64,000 bases of DNA from Antedon mediterranea (lineage: Eukaryota; Animalia; Echinodermata). The translations under genes were made by a program, and so were the position numbers. Where the stretch lies: NCBI RefSeq assembly GCF_964355755.1, contig NC_092675.1, positions 20,556,912 through 20,620,911 on the forward strand. Direction: 5' to 3'. The notes beneath the pieces were generated by a model, which was not told where the DNA came from, searched no databases, and worked only from the letters and a program-made list of their open reading frames with translations. This document shows, in pieces, positions 55,001 to 64,000 of this stretch; within the stretch, counting starts at the first letter, position 1; each line of letters starts with the position of its first letter.

Positions 55001-56075
55001 GGAATGGGTTGGGTCTTGTAAAATTAAATGTGTTTTCATAAGTTTTAAGGAAGATATGTTACATGTACCATTCACAAGTTCCATACTGGCGTTTCTTTGA
55101 AAAAAGTGTAATCAACTAATACTGTACTTTTTGACCATACATTTTCCTTACGTCTTTTTGTGCACTTTCGTTGTTGACATATTGTTCATGTAACATATTC
55201 ATATTTGTCTTTTAATGGATAGATATTGGATACGTGTTTGCTATGTGCTTTATACAATGATAACCATTACAGTAGATAAATGTTACACAACTAATTACAT
55301 CGCCACTTGAGGGTACTTTCATGTTCAGCAGCCACCAAACGGCGCTCGTTTGTCTGTCTGCAACGTTGGACAGGGGCTGAAATGGATCAGTAACAACAGC
55401 ATACACCCTACTCTTACGAAAGATATACTATGAATATACTATATGAATTGCACACTAGCCAGATGTCTATACTGGGCTTCCGAAATGGTAAAGGAGCGCC
55501 TTGAATTTGTGCCGATTTTACGGCTACGCTTTTGGCGCCCCTGTCACTTGTTTATTAAGAGAAATTGAGGAAAAACTCCATACAAACCTACTGGTATTGT
55601 GGTAGCTTCATATTGCAAACATCAAAGGCATATTGATGAAAAGCATAGTTGATCATAATGTTGATTAATTTTTTGTTGTGGATGCATTTCACGTCATTCA
55701 GTCAAAAAGTCTTTGATATGAGGTCACTCCGCCAACCTAATTCTTTGTTGATTTTTGTCATTCATAAAATAAAAATGTAATTATCTAAAGTGGTGTTTAT
55801 AGTAAGATTGTCAATTAATTAACTATGCGTAACCATGAAGATTACCAATAACAATATCTATTAATATATTAATATAGAAACCAATCTACTAAAAAAATGT
55901 ATTTAGTGCCTGTTAACAGGGGTGGGTCAAAACGTGGGAAAAGAAGGGGAACCAAAAAGTATACGCAGTTAAGCCCCCATAAATTTTGGAAATAAATAAC
56001 TTAAGTTCAGCACTTATAATGTCACAATTTCTTAGGCTATCAGCAAAAGCTATTTGAGCAGAATGATACTTTATG

Positions 56076-56207
56076 AACTATCTACACTATCAACTAGTTT
56101 GACAAATATGGTAGTGATGTTCCCAAATATGGTAGTGATATGACATCATCATGTTCATATATGGGCACATCATACTTTTTTGTCACATAAAGTTTGATAG
56201 TGCAGCT
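56076..56207. mobile_element. Harbinger-like MITE family A copy
   Basis: TCTACACTATCAACTAGTTTGACAAATATGGTAGTG...GTCACATAAAGTTTGATAGTG. Confidence 0.7.
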
Positions 56208-58440
56208 TTAGATTGGAAGGTAATGTTTCTATTGTTAGAATCTCATTGCGTTTATTTGAGTCTCAATATAACGTCATGTTTGACCAATACATTAAAGTGT
56301 TGCATTTGAAAAATAGTAAAGTAATATCAAAGTGAACTGAGCATTCAAACAACTTAGCGAAATAAATGGTTAATGGACAAGTATGACTAAAATAATTGTT
56401 GAGTAAAACATTTGATTATAAAATAATTGTCTTAAGTACGAAGGTAGTCTGTGGATATAAAAGTAAGTGCCCTAGATTCTGTGTAAAGTTAAACTGTACT
56501 CTACAGTACATTCGGTTTCAGTGATTTAATCTTTTCTAAAAATACTAAAAAATATAAATATTTGTTTATTTGTTTGTATTGTGTTGCGTAGTTATATATA
56601 ATTTGAAAAATAAATATAAAGCTATAAATAAATTAAAAGCATTTTATAGTTTGGTATAGAGTAGGTGGAAATGATGAAGATACAAACAAAATTAAATGTA
56701 AATTTGATTTAAAAGATAATTTAATATAACTATAAAGCTGTAATTTTTATTTTATAAAATCAAATACTGTTTTTCGAAACCTGATATTTCAATACTGTAT
56801 TTTGTTTCAATTTGAGTAACCGTTCTTTCTATTCAATTATTTTTCATTGTTTTTTTTTTTTAATTCAAGGTCTTTTTATTTTGTTTTACAAAGGTAGCAA
56901 TTACATTGTAGTTTTGAATAATTTAATATTTTTTCCTATAATAATTAATACTTTTCTATAGATTTTGACATTTACTTAACTATATAGCGTCTAAAATCTT
57001 TCTTTTAAAATTAGACTCCTTACTTACTTCCAAAGAAGTATCAATTAATTAATTCATATTGAATTGCTATAATTTTTATATAGATAAAAAAGTAGAAACA
57101 AAATGCTGTATCAAAAAGATGGACGAATAATAATAGTAACATGTTCAGTGGCAGATCCAGGGTTTAAAAAACAAGGGTGGGCCAAAAACGGCTGAACTGA
57201 ACCCAAAGTTCTACCCCTAAATACCTCTAAATTTATTCTCCCCTCCCCCTCCCACCCCAATGGAGCAAAGTCAAGCTAAGATAGATAGATAGATCATGCT
57301 CTTGGGCCAAAAAATACTGAATTGACTAACTAACGTTCTACCTTTTGCATGGATGGAGCAAAGCCAAGCCAAAATGAGATTTCATAAACTAAAGGCACCA
57401 TCGCTATTTATGTTACAATTTTCTTTTATACTTTATTGAGGCATTTTCTCAACTAATTCCTTTTCTTTAATGCTACAAAAGAATCAAATGATGAATGAGT
57501 TTTGATTAAAATGTATAAATTATATCAATTATCCTAAACACATTTGTATTATCATTTAAAAACAATTTCTACCTCCAAACTGTTTTCCCCCTGAATAATA
57601 CATTTAACTTTTATCTGCTTTGTTGTCATTGTGTAATACATTTCATCCCTCTGGCTTTCCGTTCATTTATTTCTCCTATAAACTTTTCTCATCCATTATT
57701 CTTTTCAAGGAACACTACATGTTATAATATTATTATTTTCTTTATTCATAAATGATGTATTAACTTGCAGTTTAACCCACGCCTAATTTCTCAGGAAATT
57801 CATATAATATAACTCTTTTGAACTTCTATCATTCATTACAGTTTTCAAGAACAATAAGTATTATATAATGTATTTTCCATCTTCTGTCATAAACGACGTA
57901 TTAAATTGTCATTTGACCCATCCTTCTATGTTTCAGCCCATTCGTACGATGACCGGTTAATGACCTATGATTTGTCCATTTAACTAATATCATTGACTGG
58001 CGCCAGATAGAATGTCATGCGCAAGCAAGGAGAAAATGACATTTCGTCTGATATCTCTTGCTTTTCTAATTATACCAGATTACTTTATAACAGTTTCATT
58101 ACAAGTCATATTTCAACAATAAAATTACCTTTTGTATTTAATAGTTATAAATAGATCACCTGATCTGTATAGAAAAAAAAATTAACCTAACAACATACTA
58201 TGTAGAAATACAGTTGATCTGCTCATTTCATAGAAAATGTCTCCTTAATAAAAAGGTTTTCCATGAATAGGAATCTCTAGCTACAGTATGTCTCTTTCCT
58301 AGGGAAATTGTCCTGTTAATAAAGTGTCCCCTGAATTTGCTTAGGATATCACAAAAGAGGCTTTTACTGGTTTACTGTTTAACAAAACAGACAATTCTTA
58401 AAACCCAACAGTAATTCAAAAGATTTTTTAAGCTCTAGTC

Positions 58441-58497
58441 AATAATAATAATAATAGGTATTTATATAGCGCAAATAAACGATGTCTCTATGCGCTC
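58441..58497 (-). mobile_element. L2-type SINE/LINE 3' tail
   Basis: Minus strand GAGCGCATAGAGAC...GCGCTATATAAAT...(TAT)n; a similar tail lies on the plus strand at about 12105-12140. Confidence 0.5.
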
Positions 58498-60299
58498 GAC
58501 AATAGAGAGAAAAAAGAGAACACCACCAAGCAAACACCCAAACCGCTAACTTGGGAACAGTGTGTAAGTACCCCAGTTAGCATCCGTTAAGTCTTCATCT
58601 TTTCAGGGATCCGGTGTCTCCGGTTCTAACTTTATTGTATTAATATTTATTTTTTTCTGTTTATTTCTTCATGATAGCAAAAGGATTAACTTAATCCAGA
58701 TATAATGATGATTCGGACTAAGTTTGCATTGTCAATTTATTACCATGGATTAATTTTCAACATGTTGTTATCATTATACTCAAAGGAATATGTTGTTTCT
58801 TTATAAATCAATCAGCATTTTATTTGTGAACATTGGAAAATAACAAACAGACAAAAGCTTACATTACCGTATGTTTATAGGAGTATGTCTCTGTTTTGTC
58901 TAATCCCTTCTTTATCTGACCCTCCTTTGTCTGACCCCCCTCCTGATTTAATCTTATAACATATTGCTATGTTTCTTTTACATTTGTCAATGTTAAATTT
59001 GGAGGAAAGAATATATTATCATTTGTCATTTAAAAGAGTAACGATGAAGGCAGGTGGCTGATTTTTTTTGTGGGATTTATATTATTGGCGCCAGTCAATA
59101 TACACTTGATTTCGCTTTTCCCGTAATTACGCATCAATCTTTATTTTTTGTCATTTGGAAGCAGATTTTAAAATTGCCTTTACTGCTGTCAATCTGCAAT
59201 CGGTAATAATCACATAATCAGTAGGCTATTTTAGAATCACATTATCATTCTAGGCTATATCTTTTTATAATATTCTAAAGGAGTATTCCAGCTTGTGAAA
59301 TGGTAACCACTATATTCTGTTCTGCTTTTGATTTCTCATTTATGCCTTTGTTTTTTTATGTGTGATGTACTTTTAAATTCATGTCCATCTGCTCTTTCTA
59401 ACATTTGGTCAAGTTTGTGAGATGGCTATACATGGGGATCAAAATAAAATTGATCGTCCTACACGAATAAAGAATAATTTTTGATAACAGACTACAAAAT
59501 GTCAATTATTTAATTGTTTTGTATAATAAATTATTCTAAAATATGGTGCATTTATTGGAAAAAATGTAACGATTGGTCTTTTTTCAATGACTTGAAATTG
59601 GTTTTGAACCAAGGTCTACCAATTGGAAAGTATGAAACCTATGAAAAAAAATGCTGTCTGTAGACACTATACATTAACCCATAAAGGATGAACGTTTCTG
59701 TCAGAAGACTCGATACTGTGTGAAGTTTATTGTCACTAGACATGATACTGCTCCTATATAATTTATTTAATCTAAGAAACATTTAGTTATGTATTTATTC
59801 AAAATGGAGATCAAAATTTAAAAAACAAATGGTCATGGTCCAAATTATGGTCCTTGATTAGAGAGAAACTTGTATTTACAATTATCCTAGAATGAAATTT
59901 AGACTTCTATAATGTTTAATAAATTAAGATTTGCATAATTATCATCACTTTGGTAGTTGTCCCCGCAGGCTAAAGTCCAAGGGGACTACGAATTTGACAG
60001 TTAATCATGCATACAATAATTTATTAACGATTATTTTGTATCTAATGCAATTATGATTGTTTTCTATAGTTATGATTGTAATTGATTTTACAGGTAATAC
60101 ATTCATTAGGATTATTCACTATCTGGGTTAACTTTGTTAGCAAAGTTATTATTTTTCTTACAAACCATCTCAGAAAATATTAGAAATGTCATTTTATCCA
60201 TTCTTTATATTTATTATACATATTCAGGTTGTTTTTCTTAGAAATGTCATCGTCATTAATTATTCAGCCTCAGTTGATATTTGGATTAGCCCCTCTACA

Positions 60300-60470
60300 G
60301 ACAGTCACAGCGCCTATCATCATCAGACTGGGTGATAATCCCCTACTCTTTTAGCGTATCAAGTTCTTTATCATGCATGTGTGCATCGTACAGTATGTAC
60401 ACAAAACCAACAGCTTTACATCTCATCTGAAGGATGATAAATTAAGATTAAAGCATATTGTCTAATATAT
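60300..60470 (-). mobile_element. Degenerate SINE central-domain remnant (Nin-like)
   Basis: CCCCTACTCTTT...GTTCTTTA.C.TGC...AACAGCTTTACATCTCATCTGAAGGATG resembles the reverse of the conserved invertebrate SINE domain as I recall it. Confidence 0.35.
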
Positions 60471-61354
60471 AGCATACCCAGTTTGTTATCATTCACATTT
60501 ACATTGAATGTACAAGTACCAACAACTTTATGTCACATCCAAAGGACAAGGGAGTACCTAGGTTGTTATCCAAAGGACAAGGTAAAGCATATTCTGTTGG
60601 ATATATAATTAATATGGTCCAAAGTTCATGTTTCTCACATACGTGTCCAATCATGCAACATTGCTTTCTTAAGAAATGGGTGTAAAGAAAACATAATACA
60701 ATACTTTGATACATCCTGTATTTAAATTACTTTATGCATGTGTACATGGAGTTTACACAAATCATCAAACTTCTTGTGAATGACAATTTCAAAACTAGTT
60801 AATTTTGTATTTATAGACATAAAGTACTACTACTAAACTAACACTACATCCAAACAGTCATAAAATAGGTCATAAGCACAACAAATTGAATGAGTATGAT
60901 AACAGATTAACAGCTTTTATTACGCTACACTTAATGGGAAATAAAGTTACTTGAAATTATGTACTTTCCAATTGAAGATAATTTATTTTAGATACTAAAA
61001 CTATTAGAAGAAATTTGTTTTGCAGAATATTTGTTTGAAATAAAACAATATACTAAATCTAATAGAACTACATAAATATAAAAAATAATTGATATCTGCT
61101 TCCTCTTTTGGAAGCTTTTGGAAGTTTCTTGTCTTGTACTTTCAAACGTCTACTTTCTTGTTTGGTGACCGAATTGGTCAAGGTGAAGTCAGTAATAAGG
61201 CTAGCAAACTTTCCAACAGAAATAAAAACAAAAATCAGCACTTATTTTAAAGAAATAACATAAAAAGCAGATAGAATTAAGAATATAAAATGATTTTAGA
61301 CACAAGATAAATTTCTCTAAGAACCGTTAGTAGTACGTGGATGACATCCCTTTC

Positions 61355-61740
61355 TTCAATTCAATTCAATTCAATAAACTTTTATTGTCAAACTCATGAA
61401 TGGCTTGAAACTTAGGCTGAAAGTACACACATTAAAATTGTCTAAAAACATTGTCGCACAAACAGTAAAAAAGAATAAAATCACATAAAACTGAGAACAA
61501 GATGTCATATAAAAAGTTAAAAGAGGGCACAAAAAATACAAATTGAGTTAAAAATACAGCGGCTAAAATATATATTGCGTTTATCTTTTCCACATTACAT
61601 TAAAATGCCTCATAGCAGATGGGAGAAAGGATCTATGTAGGCTTTCAGTGTTCCAGCGAGGATATGTAATGCGCCCAGACCGGCTTAACGTAATGTACTG
61701 GTTAAGGGGGTGGCTAACATCTGATATTATCATAGCAAAA
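61355..61740 (-). mobile_element. 3' end of a Rex1/Babar-like LINE
   Basis: Minus-strand frame 61733-61581: IISDVSHPLNQYITLSRSGRITYPRWNTESLHRSFLPSAMRHFN (D..HPL...SGR...T.R...SF.P.A.R..N signature), then AATAAA and a (TTGAA)n tail. Confidence 0.7.
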
Positions 61741-62018
61741 TAGAGGATGTGTTGTTATTTATTGTCTGGTGTACTTTTTACATTAATTTACCTCATATAT
61801 GCTGTGATAATAAAATGTCCTGTTGTGTTTTATTATAAAGACCTTCTAATATAGATAAGTACAACATTTATGTCATTTTGACTATCCTGTTCAAGCAATA
61901 TTGATACTAGTGTAAACAAAATGATTTCCTTTGTGTGGCAGCTGTCGAGGTAGACATCATCATCTTCTTTAGCATGTGTAGTGAGGTTTTATAAAACCAC
62001 ATGATGTTTGAAGTTCTA

Positions 62019-63603
62019 ATTAGTTATCCGCACTTGGCGGATAACTCCTTGTTATTGTATGCGATCTTTTTCCTTTTCTGTATTATTCTTCTGTCTTTCT
62101 TCCTTTTTTTGTGAGCCCTGTTTCTCTAAAATGTGTAAACAGAACATATCGTAACTTTGTCAAAATATAGACATTTACGTGAAGTTGTGCACCTCCTATT
62201 TTTGAAAAACGTCAGAGTTGCGCAACGTGACTTGCACGCAATTTCATGAATTTAAATGATTGATCATAGATTAAAAACCAAAAGTCGATTTGTATTGAGA
62301 CTTGGTGAAAATTTAATTTATATCAAAAGTCAATTTTCTGTGGATTAAAAATGGCATGTTTCACACAAAGTTACGCGCGCACGCGCATTTAAAATTTCAC
62401 AATGCGCAAAATTAATTTCTAATCAACTTTCTACGCGTTTCATGTAATTTTAAGCATGTCAAAAATTCCCACGCACCCGCAAATTTTTACGTGCGCGGTG
62501 CGCGGTGCGCATGTAGCGTTGAAAGCATATTTTTTTCTCGTGATTTATGTTTTTCTAGCTTTTTTTAGTAATTTTATCAACTTTTAAACAATTTCGACTT
62601 AAAATCACGTCATATGAGCACGTCGAATTGAACAATTTGTGCGCTTTTTTGATGAAAAAGTTCAAAAATTTGTCAAAATTATGCCTTTTTTTAAACAGTC
62701 GTAATTTCTAAACTGCACCGTCAACTTTTTGTGGATAACATATTCTGGAAGTTGATTAGTTGTATATATCGGATCATGTATTAATATGGCTAACCGGACA
62801 TTATGACGTCATCGTATGGCCACGCAAATATAAAATAAATGATTTTTGTATCTTTCGTTATAGGTCATCACATTTAATAGAGCGCATCTCAACTTAGCCG
62901 TTTTCCATTTTCACCCCGATTTTTATATTGTCTAGGTCAATCAACTATTTTTCGCATGAGTTAAAAATATTTTAATTTTTATGACGTCATCATGCCTAAA
63001 AATTTAAATTACGTGTGGCATTAATTTCATCTTTACAGTAAATTTTAATCTGTTATAGCTCGTAAGAATAAAATGTGATAATCACGATTAAAACGTTTTC
63101 TAGTAGCTATTGGATTGTAGATAGGAAATCATGTGAAAATTTTGCCAATCGGATGTTGTGATGTCATCATATGACTAGTTAAATAAAAAAAGTCGTATTT
63201 TCATCTTTTGCGTCATAATTTATTACATTTAAAAGAGCGCGCATCAATATTTTACGTATTTAAATTTCTTCTACACATTAATATGTTGTTGCCGAGATAA
63301 TTTCCTTCCGAAATTGCTATCTTAGTGTTTCATTTTGATACCGTCGCCATGTTAAAAATTGGAATAAATGGCGGGTCCAGTCATTTCACCTATTCTACAC
63401 TGTATGTAATATGTATACAGATTATATTGTATACTATATGACAAAAAATAACAGAATTCAGCAATAACAACATATCATATTCTTCAGTTCAGGTCATATT
63501 GCCATAATCTTTTTCTGTGTGCAATATTCTAACGTATGACGTGCACGTGGCCTTTGTCGTGCGGATAACTAACTCGTCAAAGTGACGAGTTACATGTCTA
63601 GTT
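62019..63603 (+). mobile_element. Helentron/Helitron2-type non-autonomous element (HINE/DINE-1-like), about 1.6 kb
   Basis: Perfect 14-bp asymmetric subterminal inverted repeat (TTAGTTATCCGCAC 62020-62033 / GTGCGGATAACTAA 63559-63572), partial 5' inverted repeat GCGGATAAC, TC-rich tract, 3' hairpin TAACTCGTCA-aag-TGACGAGTTA and CTAGTT terminus. Confidence 0.8.
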
Positions 63604-64000
63604 TAGGTTTATGGATTGATAGAAAACATTGACATGTGCCCATCGACAAAATGGAGGATAAATAAATGTGCTAGTATGATTTCAGTTTTGGAGGTTGAGC
63701 ATTTCTGTTGATAACATAGGTAGAAGAAAAATCCTATAGCGGTGCTATACTAAAATAGCTACTGGACTTACTAATGCTTCTTCTATTCTAAAAAACTTAT
63801 GCTCCACAAGGTTATGTCATATTATGTTAGTATTATAAATTAAATGATTTTTTTTGTTTAAAACTCTGTTCTTTTTGTTTGCCCGAAATGTGTTATTTAT
63901 AATATGTAACTATATATAAATCTATGTAAAATCTGTAATTGATGTGCCTCCTTGAGTTTTATGTACTTCTTATAAATATTGTTTTATTTGTGGTGAGTTT

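Noticed and set aside
59955-59995. GTCCCCGCAGG...GGGGACTAC hairpin
   Set aside because: Looks like an isolated 5' end of a Helentron-type element, but there is no matching 3' end, so it is too short to annotate.

Overview
AT-rich, intron-containing eukaryotic (invertebrate metazoan) genomic DNA; no prokaryotic features. I assembled three genes by hand from splice signals. (1) A complete 21-exon DDX46/Prp5 DEAD-box spliceosomal helicase gene on the minus strand (CDS 18522->4148, 3324 nt, about 1107 aa). (2) A complete 4-exon FAM32A gene on the plus strand (18794-21035, 113 aa), head-to-head with DDX46 with 271 bp between the start codons. (3) A probable signal-peptide first exon (22049-22109, +) of an unidentified secreted or membrane protein gene whose first intron seems to run more than 42 kb to the window end. 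The rest is a dense transposon landscape: a young 5'-truncated LINE in FAM32A intron 1, older LINE 3' ends, PIF/Harbinger-, Tc1/mariner-, hAT- and P-like MITEs, a 1.6-kb Helentron-type non-autonomous element, SINE remnants and minisatellites. The most notable observations are a tandem array in DDX46 intron 5 built from copies of the exon-5/intron-5 junction (11 extra GTAAGT donors, interspersed with AATAAA), a textbook-looking recursive splice site (AG|GTATGT at 41742) in the giant intron, and a palindromic element enclosing two oppositely oriented tRNA-like halves. All family assignments come from motif recognition, not database searches.
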